Positions 28,917 through 41,813 of a stretch of 64,000 bases of DNA are shown one piece after another. The first letter of the stretch is position 1, and each line of letters begins with the position of its first letter. The position numbers were made by a program, and so were the translations under genes. Source of the stretch: Limosilactobacillus sp. (lineage in GTDB: Bacteria > Bacillota > Bacilli > Lactobacillales > Lactobacillaceae); the NCBI RefSeq assembly GCF_041859915.1, contig NZ_JBFLGB010000002.1, positions 2,097 to 66,096 of the forward strand, read 5' to 3'. The notes beneath the pieces are model-generated. The model saw only the letters and a list, made by a program, of their open reading frames with translations. It had not been told where the DNA came from and searched no databases.

Positions 28917-30941
28917 TCACTCCTCTGTATCTTCCTGACTACTATTATCGACCGTCTGTTGCAGAAGTGCAATCAATTCTTGCTTAACCTGGTCAACGGT
29001 CTTACCACTAACCTGGGTGGCGGCATTAGCAAGGTGACCACCACCACCCATCTTTTCCATCAAGACTTGAACATTGACGTCACCTGCCGAACGGGCCGAA
29101 ATCCCTACCTTACCATCCGCACGTAAAGTAATGACAAAGGAAGCGGCTACTCCTTCTACCTGAAGCAACATATCGGCCGCTTGTGCTGTTGTTACGGAGC
29201 CGTAAATTCGATCATTTTCACCAGCACAAATAGCATGGTGGCCTTGAATCGTAGCCCGAGAAATAAGGTGGTTACGATCCATAAAACTCTGCGGATCCTC
29301 CTTCATAAAGGATTGAATCATCATCCCATCGGCACCTGCAGACCGCAAGTAACTAGCAGCATCAAAGGTCCGTGTACCAGCACTCTTGGTAAATGATTTG
29401 GTATCAACCTGAATCCCCGTCAACATGGTCGTTGCCTCAATCTTGTTTAAGCCCTTGCCTTCTCGTGGTTGGTACTCAAACATTTCAGTGATCAATTCAC
29501 AGGTCGAGGAAGCATAAGGTTCAATATAGACTAATAACGGATTCTCGGGGAACTCTTCGCCGCGCCGGTGGTGATCAATGATTACCAGCCGGTCCTTTAG
29601 TTTGTCATACAGTTCTGGTGAAATAGTGATACTACGCTTAGCATGATCAACCATCACCAAAAGGCTGCTGGCTGTGGCCTTATTAAGAGCTTGAGCGGGC
29701 GTAATGATATGATCCTTAATCGTCTGGTAATTATTGACCTCATTGATTAGGCGCTGAATATCAGCATGGGGACGCTGGTTACCAATAACAATCCAACACT
29801 CCTTACCATTCATTTCTGCAATTCGTCTAATCCCAAGACAGGCACCCAGCGAGTCCATATCAGGATTATTATGGCCCATGACGAAAAGTTGGTCGGCCTG
29901 GGCAATCAATTCCTGAAGAGCCTGGCTGATCATTCGTGCCCGTACCCGAGTCCGTTTCTCCATTGGGTTAGTCTTACCACCGTAAAAACGAGCAGGCTGA
30001 TTCTTAGAGCGAACTACCACCTGATCACCACCACGACCAAGCGCCAAATCGAGGTTATCTTGCGCTGTATCGGCTAATTTAATTAAGTCGTCTTCCCCGT
30101 AAGCAATCCCAACGCTTAACGTCACTGGTGAATTTTGCTGAGAGGTACTCTGCCGAATGGTATCCAAAATCTTAAATTTCTTTTTCTCCATTTCCGTTAA
30201 TGAGGACTGATGACCAATAATTAAGTAATTGTCATCGTCAAGGATCTTCATCAACAGGTGATTAGCAGTCGCCCACTTATTGATCTCGGAAGTAACGTAG
30301 TTGTGCAGGTTTGAAACGGCAGAATCGCTCATTCCCTGAATCAATTCATCATAATTATCTAGATAAATATTTCCCAGGAAAATTTGCGCTTGGTGATAAC
30401 GTTGTTCTACCTGTTCATACTTCGTGATATCAAGTAAGTAGGCTACCCGGTACTGAGGCTGAAAGAGAAACTCGAACTGCCGATTTTGCCATTTAACTAT
30501 ATGGGTTCCCTGGCGTTCACGACCCTGATCAAGCAAATCGGCTAACTGAGCATCAACATCCCGTACCCGTTTGCCAACTATGTGCTCTAGTTTGAAATAA
30601 CGAGCCATATAGGGATTAATCCATTCAATCTCATTATGAGTGTTTAACATAATCATCCCTACCGGCATCTCCAACAGGGCCTCCTGTTGACCATGTTGAA
30701 CTTGGTAGGTCAATTTTTTCAAATACTCTTGGGTATCATCAACTAATTGTCGCAAGCGACGTAGACTAATTGTCATTCCTACTATTGCTAGAATTAGAAC
30801 GACCAGTCCAATAGTCCAGTTAAACATGAAGGCGAGAACCAGACTAATAACCGTGACAACCAATAAGTAACAGACATTCCAGCGGACTGCTGGGTGTTTA
30901 AAGTAAAACAACCAGTTTGCACTACTGAAAAATTTACGCAT
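28917..30941 (-). CDS. gdpP: Cyclic-di-AMP phosphodiesterase GdpP (PAS, degenerate GGDEF, DHH-DHHA1)
   Basis: RGGDQVV, GHNNPDMD, IDHHRRG and GGGGH; upstream of rplI. Confidence 0.93.
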   Translation of the reverse strand: MRKFFSSANWLFYFKHPAVRWNVCYLLVVTVISLVLAFMFNWTIGLVVLILAIVGMTISLRRLRQLVDDTQEYLKKLTYQVQHGQQEALLEMPVGMIMLNTHNEIEWINPYMARYFKLEHIVGKRVRDVDAQLADLLDQGRERQGTHIVKWQNRQFEFLFQPQYRVAYLLDITKYEQVEQRYHQAQIFLGNIYLDNYDELIQGMSDSAVSNLHNYVTSEINKWATANHLLMKILDDDNYLIIGHQSSLTEMEKKKFKILDTIRQSTSQQNSPVTLSVGIAYGEDDLIKLADTAQDNLDLALGRGGDQVVVRSKNQPARFYGGKTNPMEKRTRVRARMISQALQELIAQADQLFVMGHNNPDMDSLGACLGIRRIAEMNGKECWIVIGNQRPHADIQRLINEVNNYQTIKDHIITPAQALNKATASSLLVMVDHAKRSITISPELYDKLKDRLVIIDHHRRGEEFPENPLLVYIEPYASSTCELITEMFEYQPREGKGLNKIEATTMLTGIQVDTKSFTKSAGTRTFDAASYLRSAGADGMMIQSFMKEDPQSFMDRNHLISRATIQGHHAICAGENDRIYGSVTTAQAADMLLQVEGVAASFVITLRADGKVGISARSAGDVNVQVLMEKMGGGGHLANAATQVSGKTVDQVKQELIALLQQTVDNSSQEDTEE

Positions 30942-31135
30942 AACAATCCTCCCAATAGACACCGCTCGTGCCCATTTTTAATTGGATAGTTCTATCATAT
31001 CACACCAGCTTACTAAACCCCATCAACTTGGACAAGAGAAAATAAGACGGCTAGCCCGTTCGTTGGAGGTCAGCCGTCTAATAACTATTTAAAAAGCAAA
31101 AAGCTTGCTCCACTTGAAACAAGCTTTTTATTCTA

Positions 31136-31372
31136 TTAGTCTTCAGCAACAAATGGCAGAAGACCCATAATCCGGGCACGCTTGATAGCGACCGTTAACT
31201 TTCGTTGGTTCTTAGCACTGGTACCAGTGACCCGCCGTGGTAAAATCTTACCACGTTCAGAAATAAACCGACGTAATAAATCAGTGTCTTTATAATCGAT
31301 GTATTCGATATGATTTGCGGCGATGAAGTCGACCTTACGACGACGACGACCGCCCCGACGTTGTTGTGCCAT
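31136..31372 (-). CDS. rpsR: 30S ribosomal protein S18
   Basis: [24 protein letters not shown]. Confidence 0.97.
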   Translation of the reverse strand: MAQQRRGGRRRRKVDFIAANHIEYIDYKDTDLLRRFISERGKILPRRVTGTSAKNQRKLTVAIKRARIMGLLPFVAED

Positions 31373-31401
31373 GAAATTACCCTCCTATCTGGTAAAAATT
31401 T

Positions 31402-32022
31402 TTAGAATGGTAAATCGTCATCAGAAATGGAAGTATCCCCATTGTCATCACTTGAACCAGAAAATGGGTTACCTGCATTACTGTTCTGGCTATTGTCAAA
31501 ACCACTGTTGGCATTAGCCGACGAATTAGGTTGAGGAGCATTGCTAGTTGTTTGCGGTTGTGGTTGATTGTTATTACCACGATTATTGTTAAACGGCTGC
31601 TGCTGACCCTGACCACCAAATGGGGCTTGGTTATTAAATGGCTGCTGGTTACCATTATTAAATGGTCGCTGGTTGCCACCCTGGTTCATGCCACCATTTT
31701 GTTGACGAGGTTCAAGCAAGGCAAAGTTATCAACAACAACTTCAGTAACGTAAACCCGGTTTCCCTGTTGATTTTCGTAGTTCCGCGTTTGAATGCGGCC
31801 ATCGATTCCCACTAGGGAACCCTTATGAGTGAAATTACTGAAGTTTTCGGCTGATCGACGCCAGATAACACAGTTGATAAAGTCAGCATCCCGGTCACCA
31901 TTCTGGTTCCGAAACTGCCGATCAACCGCTAGCGTAAACGACACCACCGCTGTTCCACTGGTGGTATAGCGCAATTCGGGATCTCGCGTTAAGCGTCCAG
32001 TTAAGACTGCACGATTAATCAT
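31402..32022 (-). CDS. ssb: Single-stranded DNA-binding protein
   Basis: OB-fold N-terminus; DDDLPF C-terminus. Confidence 0.97.
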   Translation of the reverse strand: MINRAVLTGRLTRDPELRYTTSGTAVVSFTLAVDRQFRNQNGDRDADFINCVIWRRSAENFSNFTHKGSLVGIDGRIQTRNYENQQGNRVYVTEVVVDNFALLEPRQQNGGMNQGGNQRPFNNGNQQPFNNQAPFGGQGQQQPFNNNRGNNNQPQPQTTSNAPQPNSSANANSGFDNSQNSNAGNPFSGSSDDNGDTSISDDDLPF

Positions 32023-32058
32023 TCGATCGGTCTCCTCTCTTTACATTGACGATCTTAA

Positions 32059-32355
32059 TTAAGCATCAAGCTTAACGATCATGTGACGTAGGATATCGTC
32101 ACTGAACTTAGCTAAACGATCAAATTCGTTTAAAGCCGTGTCAGAATCAGTCGTCAAAGTGATTACGTGGTAGGTACCTTCCGTGTACTTATCGATCGGG
32201 TAAGCAAACCGCCGCGTTGACCAATCCTTTGATTCAGCAACGTTTGCACCATTGTCCGTCAATACCTTATCAAAACGGGCTACTAAGTCGCTCTTAGCAG
32301 ATTCTTCGATATCAGGACGAATGATGTAAGTAATTTCATATTTGCGTGTTTCCAT
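32059..32355 (-). CDS. rpsF: 30S ribosomal protein S6
   Basis: [10 protein letters not shown]...[10 protein letters not shown]. Confidence 0.97.
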   Translation of the reverse strand: METRKYEITYIIRPDIEESAKSDLVARFDKVLTDNGANVAESKDWSTRRFAYPIDKYTEGTYHVITLTTDSDTALNEFDRLAKFSDDILRHMIVKLDA

Positions 32356-32359
32356 GAAT

Positions 32360-32425
32360 GTTACACCTCCTTATGGACTCTGGCTCTTCTAAAATCTAGA
32401 AGAACAAGGAGAGTAGACGTCTGTA
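32360..32425 (-). promoter_or_regulatory. Probable S6:S18 autoregulatory ribosomal leader
   Basis: Minus strand ctccttg...hairpin...ccataaggagg pairs an anti-SD with the rpsF SD; expected position. Confidence 0.5.
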
Positions 32426-32555
32426 CGTATACTCACAGCTATAAAATATAGCATAGACTGGGATTTAAAACAAGAAACAAATAACAGAAATCCTGAGAAT
32501 TGCGCTCTAATTATATAATACGCAACTTCTCAGGATTTTTGTCTTTCTTGCTCAA

Positions 32556-35072
32556 TTACTTTTGATTGTCGGTAGCAGTTACTTCCTGTGAAGATTGTTT
32601 ATCTTCTTGGTCGGCATCGTTATCACCATCACCGTTATCCTTGGCAACCTTTGCCATCGTGGCAACCCTGGTTCCTTTATCCATCTTAATCAAATGGACA
32701 CCGACAGCTGAACGACCGGTCTGAGAAACCGTCTCAATACCAAAGCGAATAATAACTCCGTGGTCAGTAACCAACATGATATCTTCATCGCCTTGAACAG
32801 TCGTCAGGCCAACTAATGGACCGTTTTTAGCGGTGACATTAACGGTCTTGACTCCTAGGCCACCACGACCCTTAATTGGGTACTCACTAGCCGGTGTTTG
32901 CTTACCAAAGCCATTTTCACTGATAACTAAAACATTATCATCCGGATTCAATGGTGCTGCGCCAATGACATAATCATCGTCACGAAGACGAATTCCGCGG
33001 ACTCCGGCAGCAGCCCGACCCATTGAACGAACGAGGTTGGACTTAAAGGTCAAGGCATAACCATGGTGAGTCCCGATAATCATCGGTTGACCATCCGAAA
33101 TGATGTTAACGTTGATTAATTCGTCCCCATCATGAAGGTTGATTGCCTTCAAACCATTGCTACGAATATTCTTAAATTCTGATACTGGCGTCCGCTTAAC
33201 GATTCCCCGCTTAGTAGTAAAGAAGAGGTACTTATCATCATCCTTAGAAGCATGGGAAACATTAATAACTGCGTTGATCTTTTCTTTGCTATTAATACCT
33301 AAGAGGTTAATGATTGGAATTCCTTGGGCAGCTCGACCATATTCGGGAATTTTATAGCCCTTCATCGAAAAGACTTTCCCGGAATTGGTGAAGAAGAGCA
33401 AGAGATCATGGGTTGAACTAGAAATTAATTGTTCGATGAAGTCATCCTTATGGACACCCATTCCCTTGACACCACGGCCACCACGGTGTTGAGACTTGAA
33501 TTCATCTACCGGTAGACGCTTGATGTAGCCATTATGAGTCAAGGTTACGATGATATCCTGTTCCTCAATTAAGTCTTCATCCTCAATATTGGTAATATTG
33601 CCGACCTGTAATTCTGTCCGCCGCTTGTCACCAAATTTCCGTTGGATTTCCATCAATTCATCATAAATGATTTGGTGAATACGGTCATCATGGGCCAAGA
33701 TATCCTTATAGTCGGCAATGGACTTCATCAACTTCTGGTACTCTGCCTCAATTTTTTCCTGTTCCAAGCCAGTCAGACGAACTAACCGCATATCCAGAAT
33801 TGCCTGCGACTGCCGATCAGAAAGACCATAATTATCCATTAATTCATTCTTAGCAATCTCACTAGTTTGAGAATTTTGGATAATCTTGATGATCTCATCG
33901 ATATGGTCAAGGGCAATCCGCAAACCAGCAACGATATGAGCCCGCTTTTGAGCCTTCTTCAATTCAAATTGGGTCCGCCGCCGTACAACGTTTTCCTGGT
34001 GCTCTAAGTAATATTGAAGGATTTCCTTAAGACTTAAGATCTTCGGCGATCCGTTGACGATTGCCAGCATATTAAAGTTAAAGGTTGTTTGCATTAAGGT
34101 CATCTTGTAAAGGTTGTTCAAAATGACCTCAGCACTGGCATCACGCCGAACATCAATTACAATTCGCATTCCGTCCCGGTCGGTTTCATCATTGATGTCG
34201 GTGATTCCCTCGATTTCTTTGTTCCGCGCTAACTCAGCGATTCGTTCAATCAGCTTGGCTTTATTGACCATGTACGGAATTTCGTGCACGATGATCTGCT
34301 GCTTGCCATTCTTCTTTTCTTCAATGTCAACCTTTGCCCGAACGATAATCGTACCCCGGCCGGTTTCATAAGCCTTTCGGATACCGGACTTACCGATGAC
34401 GACCCCACCGGTTGGAAAGTCTGGACCAGGCAAAACTTTCATCAGGTCCTCGGTGGTCGCATCCGGGTTATCCATCAACATATGAATAGCAGAAATTACC
34501 TCACCCAAGTTGTGGGTTGGAATGTTAGTAGCCATCCCGACGGCAATCCCGGAAGCACCATTAACTAACAGGTTCGGAAAACGGGCTGGCAAAACGTCAG
34601 GTTCCTTTTCCGTCCCATCATAGTTTGGATGAAAATCAACGGTATCCTTGTTGATATCACGCAGCATTTCTACCGCAATCTTACTCATCCGGGCCTCGGT
34701 ATAACGCATCGCGGCGGGACTGTCCCCATCGATTGAACCAAAGTTACCGTGGCCATCAACCAACATGTAACGGTACGAAAAATCTTGGGCCATCCGTACC
34801 AGACCTTCGTAAATTGAAGAGTCACCATGAGGGTGGAATTTCCCCATAACATCCCCCACAATCCGGGCCGACTTCTTATACGGCTTATCCGGAGTTACTC
34901 CTAATTCATTCATCCCGTACAGGATCCGTCGCTGAACCGGCTTTAAGCCATCACGCACATCGGGTAGGGCCCGGGCAACGATGACACTCATGGCGTAATC
35001 TAGAAACGAGTTCTTCATCTGGCTCGTCAATTTAACGTCCGTAATTCGGTTCGACATATTTTCTTCAGCCAA
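32556..35072 (-). CDS. gyrA: DNA gyrase subunit A
   Basis: [15 protein letters not shown] and QHRGGRG GyrA-box. Confidence 0.97.
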   Translation of the reverse strand: MAEENMSNRITDVKLTSQMKNSFLDYAMSVIVARALPDVRDGLKPVQRRILYGMNELGVTPDKPYKKSARIVGDVMGKFHPHGDSSIYEGLVRMAQDFSYRYMLVDGHGNFGSIDGDSPAAMRYTEARMSKIAVEMLRDINKDTVDFHPNYDGTEKEPDVLPARFPNLLVNGASGIAVGMATNIPTHNLGEVISAIHMLMDNPDATTEDLMKVLPGPDFPTGGVVIGKSGIRKAYETGRGTIIVRAKVDIEEKKNGKQQIIVHEIPYMVNKAKLIERIAELARNKEIEGITDINDETDRDGMRIVIDVRRDASAEVILNNLYKMTLMQTTFNFNMLAIVNGSPKILSLKEILQYYLEHQENVVRRRTQFELKKAQKRAHIVAGLRIALDHIDEIIKIIQNSQTSEIAKNELMDNYGLSDRQSQAILDMRLVRLTGLEQEKIEAEYQKLMKSIADYKDILAHDDRIHQIIYDELMEIQRKFGDKRRTELQVGNITNIEDEDLIEEQDIIVTLTHNGYIKRLPVDEFKSQHRGGRGVKGMGVHKDDFIEQLISSSTHDLLLFFTNSGKVFSMKGYKIPEYGRAAQGIPIINLLGINSKEKINAVINVSHASKDDDKYLFFTTKRGIVKRTPVSEFKNIRSNGLKAINLHDGDELINVNIISDGQPMIIGTHHGYALTFKSNLVRSMGRAAAGVRGIRLRDDDYVIGAAPLNPDDNVLVISENGFGKQTPASEYPIKGRGGLGVKTVNVTAKNGPLVGLTTVQGDEDIMLVTDHGVIIRFGIETVSQTGRSAVGVHLIKMDKGTRVATMAKVAKDNGDGDNDADQEDKQSSQEVTATDNQK

Positions 35073-35111
35073 TGTCGCTCCTCCTTTTTAATAAATTTTT
35101 ACGTTAGCTAA

Positions 35112-37058
35112 TTACAGGTCTAGGTTCTCAACAAATTTGGCGTTCTTTTCAATAAAGTCTCGCCGTGGGCCCACCTTAGTACCCATCAGCATTGGAAAGA
35201 TCTTATCAGCCTGGGCGGCATCATCCAGCTGAACACGCAACAGGTGCCGGTGCGCCGGATCCATTGTTGTCTCCCAAAGCTGCTCAGCATCCATTTCACC
35301 AAGCCCCTTGTACCGTTGAATAACCGGCTTAGGACTCGGTTGCAAGGAGTTGACAACCCGTTCCAATTCCTCATCAGATTCGATGTATTTAACAAACTTA
35401 CCTTGCCGAACCTGATAAAGCGGTGGCTGGGCAATATAAACATAGCCATGAGTAATCATTGGCTTCATGAACCGGTAAAACAGGGTCAGTAGTAAGGTCC
35501 GAATATGAGCCCCATCGACATCGGCATCGGTCATGATAATCAATTTGTGGTAATTAGCCTTTGTGATATCAAAATCATCCCCAAAACCGGTTCCTAGCGC
35601 TGTAAAGAGGGAACGAATTTCGTCATTAGCTAAAACCCGATCGAGGGATGCCTTTTCAACGTTCAAGATTTTCCCCCGAATTGGCAAAATCGCCTGGGTT
35701 AAACGAGAACGACCCTGCTTAGCAGAACCACCGGCAGAATCACCTTCGACGATAAATAGCTCGGAAATATTCGGGTCCTTACTAGTGTTATCAGCCAGCT
35801 TACCAGGTAAGTTAGAGATCTCCAGTCCACTCTTCTTCCGGGTAACTTCCCGGGCCCGCTTGGCAGCTACTCGGGCCTTGGAAGCTAGTTGCCCCTTCTC
35901 GACAATCTTCTTGGCCTCATCAGGGTGTTCAAGCAAGAAACGATTGAAAGTGGCTGCGAAGACATGGTCAGTTGCCGTCCGGGCATCAGAGTTTCCAAGC
36001 TTAGTCTTAGTCTGACCTTCAAACTGTGGATCAGGGTGTTTGATGGAAACCACTGCCACAAGGCCTTCACGAACATCATCCCCGGAAAGTGTCTCATTGT
36101 CCTTGAGGGCGCCAGATTTATGGCCATAATCATTGATCACCCGAGTCAAAGCCATCTTAAAGCCAGTCTCGTGAGTACCACCCTCATAGGTATGAATATT
36201 GTTGGTAAAGGTCAACAAGTCGCTGCGGTAGCCGTTGATGTACTGCAATGAAACTTCTACCGTAATACCGTTTTCCTTACCTTCCACATAAATCGGTGGG
36301 TCAAAGAGAACATCCCGACCCCGGTTAAGGTATTCAACATAATGACGAATCCCCCCTTCATAGAGGAATTCTTGACGCTGTGGCTTTTCGTCACGCTTAT
36401 CTTCAATCGTGATCTTGAGGCCCTTGTTTAAGAAGGCGAGTTCTCGTAAACGGTTAGTTAGTGTTTTGATGTTATAAGTAGTAGTTTCACGAAAGATCTC
36501 CGGATCCGGTTTGAAATGAACGGTCGTTCCATGAACATCCTCAGGTAAACCAGTAGTAATAACCTTCATCTTGGTCTTAACATGACCCCGATCAAAGTCC
36601 ATATAGTAGCGCTTACCTTGCCGGGCTACCTTAACATCCAATTCTTCGGACAATGCATTGACAACTGAAGCCCCGACACCATGGAGACCACCGGAAACCT
36701 TATAACCGCCACCGCCAAACTTACCACCAGCGTGTAGGACGGTATAAACCGTTTCGAGAGCCGGCTTACCAGTGTCCTTTTGAATGTCGACAGGGATCCC
36801 CCGTCCGTTATCACGAACGGTAACACTATTATCGGGTTCAACCTCAACGTTAATTTCTGTACAGAAACCAGCTAGGGCTTCATCGATTCCGTTATCAACA
36901 ATTTCCCAAACCAGGTGGTGTAATCCTTGGGAAGATGTCGATCCGATATACATTCCTGGACGCTTACGAACAGCATCGAGCCCCTTGAGAACTTGAATCT
37001 GACTGGCATTATATTCACTAGCTAACTCTGCCTTTGTTTCTTTTTGTTCGTCGCTCAC
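35112..37058 (-). CDS. gyrB: DNA gyrase subunit B
   Basis: [21 protein letters not shown] and DADVDG. Confidence 0.97.
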   Translation of the reverse strand: MSDEQKETKAELASEYNASQIQVLKGLDAVRKRPGMYIGSTSSQGLHHLVWEIVDNGIDEALAGFCTEINVEVEPDNSVTVRDNGRGIPVDIQKDTGKPALETVYTVLHAGGKFGGGGYKVSGGLHGVGASVVNALSEELDVKVARQGKRYYMDFDRGHVKTKMKVITTGLPEDVHGTTVHFKPDPEIFRETTTYNIKTLTNRLRELAFLNKGLKITIEDKRDEKPQRQEFLYEGGIRHYVEYLNRGRDVLFDPPIYVEGKENGITVEVSLQYINGYRSDLLTFTNNIHTYEGGTHETGFKMALTRVINDYGHKSGALKDNETLSGDDVREGLVAVVSIKHPDPQFEGQTKTKLGNSDARTATDHVFAATFNRFLLEHPDEAKKIVEKGQLASKARVAAKRAREVTRKKSGLEISNLPGKLADNTSKDPNISELFIVEGDSAGGSAKQGRSRLTQAILPIRGKILNVEKASLDRVLANDEIRSLFTALGTGFGDDFDITKANYHKLIIMTDADVDGAHIRTLLLTLFYRFMKPMITHGYVYIAQPPLYQVRQGKFVKYIESDEELERVVNSLQPSPKPVIQRYKGLGEMDAEQLWETTMDPAHRHLLRVQLDDAAQADKIFPMLMGTKVGPRRDFIEKNAKFVENLDL

Positions 37059-38179
37059 TATGCTTCCTCCTTACTCAAAGTACCATGCTTAATTTCAAAA
37101 ACTGTCGGTTGCTTAATTAGTTGTCTAGCCACATCACTTAAACTGGTCGTCGTCAAAAAAGTTTGGACCTTATCTTGAATTGCTTGCAGTAAGTGAGTCT
37201 GGCGGACCGTATCTAGCTCTGATAAAACGTCGTCAAGTAAGAGCAGTGGATACTCACCCGTTTGTTCTTTCATTAAGTCAATCTCCGCCAGCTTTACCGA
37301 CAAAGCGGTTGTCCGTTGCTGGCCCTGGGAGCCAAAGGCCTGCACGTTTTTTCCATTAACCATAAAATGAATGTCATCACGCTGCGGGCCATACATGGTC
37401 GTTCCCTGCTCAATTTCACGTGCTTGGTGATCTTGATAGATCTTTAATAATTCCTGGTAAGCTTGCTCAACCGTAGTGGAATCACTAATTTTTAACTGAG
37501 TGGCATAAGCCAAGTGCAGTTTTTCCTGATTAAGAGAAATTTGGTAATGCAAGTTAGCGGCCCACTTCTCTAAATGCCGGAGAAAATGATAACGTGCCAC
37601 GATTACCTCAGCTCCATAAGCTGCCAGTTGGTCAGACAAAACCGCTAACAGCACCTGGTCATGCTGCTGACCAAACTTTAACTGCTTTAAGTATTTATTT
37701 CGTTGCCGCAATAATGTTCGGAATTGACTGGCATTGTATAAGTACTTACTACTCATCTGACTAAATTCTCTATCCATGAACCGTCGCCTGATTGCGGGAG
37801 CTCCCTTGACCAGAGATAAGTCTTCCGGCGCAAATAAGATCGTATTTAACTGACCAACGTATTGGCCGAGGCGGGCTTGCTCCAGGTGGTTAACCTTTGC
37901 TCGTTTACCGTTCTTCGTAAATTGCAATTCCAGCGGCACACGACCACTAGCTTTTTGGACAACTCCGCTGATAGTGGCGGACTGGGCCTGCCAATTAATT
38001 AACTCACGATCATTACTAGTTCGATGACTGCGAGTTAATGATAAAGCATAGATAGCCTCCAACAAATTGGTCTTACCTTGAGCATTACGACCAATTAGGA
38101 CGTTAATTCCAGGGGCAAAATGAACCGTCACGTCCTGGTAATTTCTAAAATGATGTAGCCGCAGTTCCGTCAAAATCAT
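37058..38179 (-). CDS. recF: DNA replication/repair protein RecF
   Basis: [15 protein letters not shown] and [11 protein letters not shown]. Confidence 0.97.
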   Translation of the reverse strand: MILTELRLHHFRNYQDVTVHFAPGINVLIGRNAQGKTNLLEAIYALSLTRSHRTSNDRELINWQAQSATISGVVQKASGRVPLELQFTKNGKRAKVNHLEQARLGQYVGQLNTILFAPEDLSLVKGAPAIRRRFMDREFSQMSSKYLYNASQFRTLLRQRNKYLKQLKFGQQHDQVLLAVLSDQLAAYGAEVIVARYHFLRHLEKWAANLHYQISLNQEKLHLAYATQLKISDSTTVEQAYQELLKIYQDHQAREIEQGTTMYGPQRDDIHFMVNGKNVQAFGSQGQQRTTALSVKLAEIDLMKEQTGEYPLLLLDDVLSELDTVRQTHLLQAIQDKVQTFLTTTSLSDVARQLIKQPTVFEIKHGTLSKEEA

Positions 38180-38186
38180 TTTGCGC

Positions 38187-38408
38187 CTACTTAGATTTAA
38201 TTACTATAACTGGATGTGCGGGAACTTGAACCTGGTCGTCAACATAAAGCTTACGACCCCGACGTGTATCAGGTGTACCGTTTACCAAGACTTGATTTTC
38301 CTTTAAATACCACTTAGCCGCACCACCGGTAGGAATAATTCCCTCTTCCTTCAGCAATTGGCCAAGAGTAATATACGGTCGATCAATTACAACTTCCTTA
38401 TTTTTCAC
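38187..38408 (-). CDS. yaaA: S4-domain protein YaaA
   Basis: YITLGQLLK..GG.AK..RRGRKL; between dnaN and recF. Confidence 0.9.
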   Translation of the reverse strand: MKNKEVVIDRPYITLGQLLKEEGIIPTGGAAKWYLKENQVLVNGTPDTRRGRKLYVDDQVQVPAHPVIVIKSK

Positions 38409-38686
38409 ACTATTTCACCTACTTTACTATATTTATTATACCACAATTAAAGTCGTCAAATGTCTTATAAGGCCTTCTCAGCCATTTAAAGTTAAGCTAG
38501 TATCTTTTATCAAAATTAAGTTTGAAATAGTCTCTGCCCCTCAGAGGCCACTTTCTGTCACTTTTACTTTTTATTTTTCTCTATGGTGAGGATGATTTCA
38601 CTTTATTTAATACCCAAAACAGCAAAAAAGCACCAGAACACTCTCAATCCAGTGTTTTGGTGCGATAATTTTCTTTAAATTTTTAA

Positions 38687-39829
38687 TTAAAACGTCCGAA
38701 CCGGCGTAATCAGGTGAACAAAGTTTTCTTGATTTTCAGTTGGTACAAGAGTAAATGGCCGTAGTGGCGAGGTAAATGAAATTTTAATCGTCGATTGGCC
38801 AAATGACCGTAGTGCATCCTTCATGTAATTAGGGTTGAAGGAAATCTCCAAGTCAGCTCCATCTAATGCTGTTGTGGCCACCTCTTCTTCAACCGTCCCA
38901 ATATCAGGCGAATCACTACTAATTTGGACTCGGTTTTCGCTCGGTTTCAAGGTTAGTTTAACAACATCGTTTCGACTTTCGTGTGATAACAGTGAAGCCC
39001 GTTCAATCGAAGCCAAAAAGGTTCCAGCGTCCAACTCAACCGTTGTATCTGCTGTAGTTGGAATTAATTGACTTGTCTCAGGATAATTACCCTCCAGTAA
39101 CCGGGAATAGAAATGAGTATTGCCAAAAATGAAGAGAATTTGGTTTTCAGTTACCTGGACTTTAACGTCGTCATCATTATCACTAATCATTCCGGAAAGC
39201 TCATTCATACTCTTACCAGGGATAATAACGTCAAAATCAATTCCGTTATCAACATCGGATAATTGAACCTTACGCTGAGCTAGGCGGTGACTATCAGTAG
39301 CAACCGCCGTTAACAGGCCATTGTGAAGCGTAATATGAATCCCAGCCAGAATTGGTCGACTTTCTTGTTTTGAAACTGCAATTACCGTTTGACGGATAAC
39401 CTCTTTTAAGATGTCATTGGGTAATGACACTGTTTTATCAGTTTCAACTTCTGGCAAGTGAGGGAAGTTTTCAGCATCTTGACCATTAATTTGAAATTTA
39501 GCAGTCCCAGAAGTAATGTCAGCTCGGAAACCATCTGTAACTTCAATGGTTACTTGCTTATCAGGTAGCTTTTTGATTATTTCGCTGAAGAATCGTGCAG
39601 GTAACACAATGGCACCTGGCTCATTAATAGTTAAGCCATAGCTCGCATCGGACGCTTTAATTACACTTTCAATTGTAATGTCGGAATTACTACCGGTTAG
39701 TATAATTTGCTCCTTATCAATAACCATTTTTAATCCGGTTAAAATTGGGATAGTGGTTTTAGATGAAATTGCACGTAGAACATTATTTAATTGGCTAATA
39801 AAAGCTGAACGATTAATTGTGAATTTCAT
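38687..39829 (-). CDS. dnaN: DNA polymerase III beta clamp
   Basis: MKFTINR, ATDSHRL and SRLLEGNYP; start refined to ATG 39829. Confidence 0.97.
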   Translation of the reverse strand: MKFTINRSAFISQLNNVLRAISSKTTIPILTGLKMVIDKEQIILTGSNSDITIESVIKASDASYGLTINEPGAIVLPARFFSEIIKKLPDKQVTIEVTDGFRADITSGTAKFQINGQDAENFPHLPEVETDKTVSLPNDILKEVIRQTVIAVSKQESRPILAGIHITLHNGLLTAVATDSHRLAQRKVQLSDVDNGIDFDVIIPGKSMNELSGMISDNDDDVKVQVTENQILFIFGNTHFYSRLLEGNYPETSQLIPTTADTTVELDAGTFLASIERASLLSHESRNDVVKLTLKPSENRVQISSDSPDIGTVEEEVATTALDGADLEISFNPNYMKDALRSFGQSTIKISFTSPLRPFTLVPTENQENFVHLITPVRTF

Positions 39830-39994
39830 GGTAATGGCTCCTTTATATAAATATATTTTATAGTTTAAAAATAGTAGTCGTAGTAGTTTCTGTTGATATT
39901 GTGGATAACTGATGAAAAACCGCATTACTATAGTTTTTAAGCTGTTGATAACCTGTGGATAAAGCTGAGAAAAACTTCAACAGTTATGCACAGC
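39830..39994. other. oriC unwinding part (dnaA-dnaN intergenic): DnaA boxes, DnaA-trios, AT-rich DUE
   Basis: TGTGGATAA at 39900 and 39954, TTATGCACA at 39984; tagtagtcgtagtag trios ~39872-39886; AT-rich tract 39842-39871. Confidence 0.88.
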
Positions 39995-41320
39995 CTAAGC
40001 GTGTAAGTGTTCTTTAAGCTTGCCAATATCTTTTTGAAGATCGGTATCCTTTTTTAAAGCTGCTTCAATTTTGTCGATGGCATGAAGTACAGTTGTATGA
40101 TCTTTACCACCAAACTCATTACCAATTTTTGGTAGTGAATAATCCGTTAATTCACGGGAGAGGTACATGGCGATTTGTCGTGGGACGACGATTTGTTTTA
40201 CCCGTTTCTTACCAAGAATGTCGCCTTGGGTGATGTTATAGAAACTGGCAACTTGCTTTTGAATTTCAGCAATCGAAATGGTCGTTTTTTGTTGCTGGCG
40301 AATCCCTTTTAATGCCTGAGAGGCGAGGTGTGGCGTAATTGGCTCACCGCTAAGATTAGCAAAAGCTTGGACTTGGTTTAATGCTCCTTCTAGTTCCCGA
40401 ATGTTGGTATCAATTTGGCCAGCAATGTAGTTAAGGGTATCATTGCCGACATTAATATGATCCTCATTGACTTTGCTACGGAGAATCGCAATCCGGGTTT
40501 CTAGGTCTGGTGGGGTAATTTCAACTGGTAGGCCCCAACGAAATCGTGAAACTAGGCGATCTTGAAGTTCCGGAATTTCATTAGGCATCCGATCGGAAGT
40601 CATCACGATTTGTTTTTTACGGTCATGGAGAGCATTAAAGGTATAGAAAAATTCTAGTTGAGTACCCTCTTTAGTGGCCAGGAATTGAATATCGTCAATT
40701 AAAAGAAGGTCGAGATTACGGTATTCTTTACGGAATGCATCCATCGATTTGTTTTGAATGGAGTTAATGAAGTCGTTAGTGAATTCTTCACTGGTAATAT
40801 ATTTAACCTTTGCTTGAGGGTTGGTTTGTAACATATGGTTGCCAATGGCTTCCATTAGGTGAGTTTTTCCTAGACCAACGCCTCCATAAATGAAAAGTGG
40901 GTTGTAAAGACTACCGGGGCTTTCGGCTACTGCATAAGCTGCGGCATGGGCCATTTTGTTGCCTTCACCAACTACGAAGGTATTGAAATTGTAATGTGGG
41001 TTAAGGGGCGTATCCATTTCCTCAAAGTTAGGGTTGTTTGAGGATGATTGTTGGACGGAATGTGGTTGAATTTCACTCTCTAAAACATAACGTGGTTCGA
41101 TTTCGTAACCTAATTCAGCTTGGGCGTATCCTCTTAATTTAGCATCAAGGTTTTGACGCCAAAAATCCTGGTGAACCTTAGTCGGCATCAGGATAGTAAG
41201 CTGATTCTGAGAGAGAGAAATTGCTTTTGCCGGAGCAATCAAAGTGTCAAAAGTAACCTGAGTGGTGTTTTGACGGAATGAATTTTGGATCGCTTCCCAT
41301 AGAGAATCGAGCTCAGTCAA
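39995..41320 (-). CDS. dnaA: Chromosomal replication initiator DnaA
   Basis: GGVGLGKTHL, LLIDDIQF and GGKDHTTV; TTG start at 41320 with SD AGGAGG. Confidence 0.97.
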   Translation of the reverse strand: MTELDSLWEAIQNSFRQNTTQVTFDTLIAPAKAISLSQNQLTILMPTKVHQDFWRQNLDAKLRGYAQAELGYEIEPRYVLESEIQPHSVQQSSSNNPNFEEMDTPLNPHYNFNTFVVGEGNKMAHAAAYAVAESPGSLYNPLFIYGGVGLGKTHLMEAIGNHMLQTNPQAKVKYITSEEFTNDFINSIQNKSMDAFRKEYRNLDLLLIDDIQFLATKEGTQLEFFYTFNALHDRKKQIVMTSDRMPNEIPELQDRLVSRFRWGLPVEITPPDLETRIAILRSKVNEDHINVGNDTLNYIAGQIDTNIRELEGALNQVQAFANLSGEPITPHLASQALKGIRQQQKTTISIAEIQKQVASFYNITQGDILGKKRVKQIVVPRQIAMYLSRELTDYSLPKIGNEFGGKDHTTVLHAIDKIEAALKKDTDLQKDIGKLKEHLHA

Positions 41321-41700
41321 AATAATTCCTCCTAGGATATTGATAAATTCTACACGGTATTTTATCATCACATTAAAAAGTTTTCCACAGGGTGGATAAA
41401 GCTGAAAATATTTACACAACTCTGTGTGGTATTTGAGCGGTGGATTGTGAATTTTGTTCGTTAAAATCTTGAAAAAGAAGAAATTAACAGTACCTGTGGA
41501 TAATTAAAGCCTGTCATAGCAATGATTAAAGCAGTTATTAACAGCTAAACAGCTACCTGTGGATAACTCTAATAACAGGGTGTGAATTGTGGACAACTAC
41601 AAGATATTGTGGTGGATAGTTTTCCACAGCCATAAATATTGCACAGCTTCTGTGGATAGTTTTTATCATTCTGTGGATAAATGAAAAATTAAAATAAAAT
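41321..41700. promoter_or_regulatory. oriC DnaA-box cluster upstream of dnaA
   Basis: TGTGGATAA at 41495, 41558 and 41672; TTTTCCACA at 41381 and 41620; further near matches. Confidence 0.88.
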
Positions 41701-41813
41701 TTAGCCGTTTATTAATTGATAAAAGTATGGTACACTTCTAAAGTATGTTTGAAGAAAACGTCTTTTAAGACTGAAAAGCAAACCCATTCAATTGAATAGG
41801 AGGTGCAATTGTT

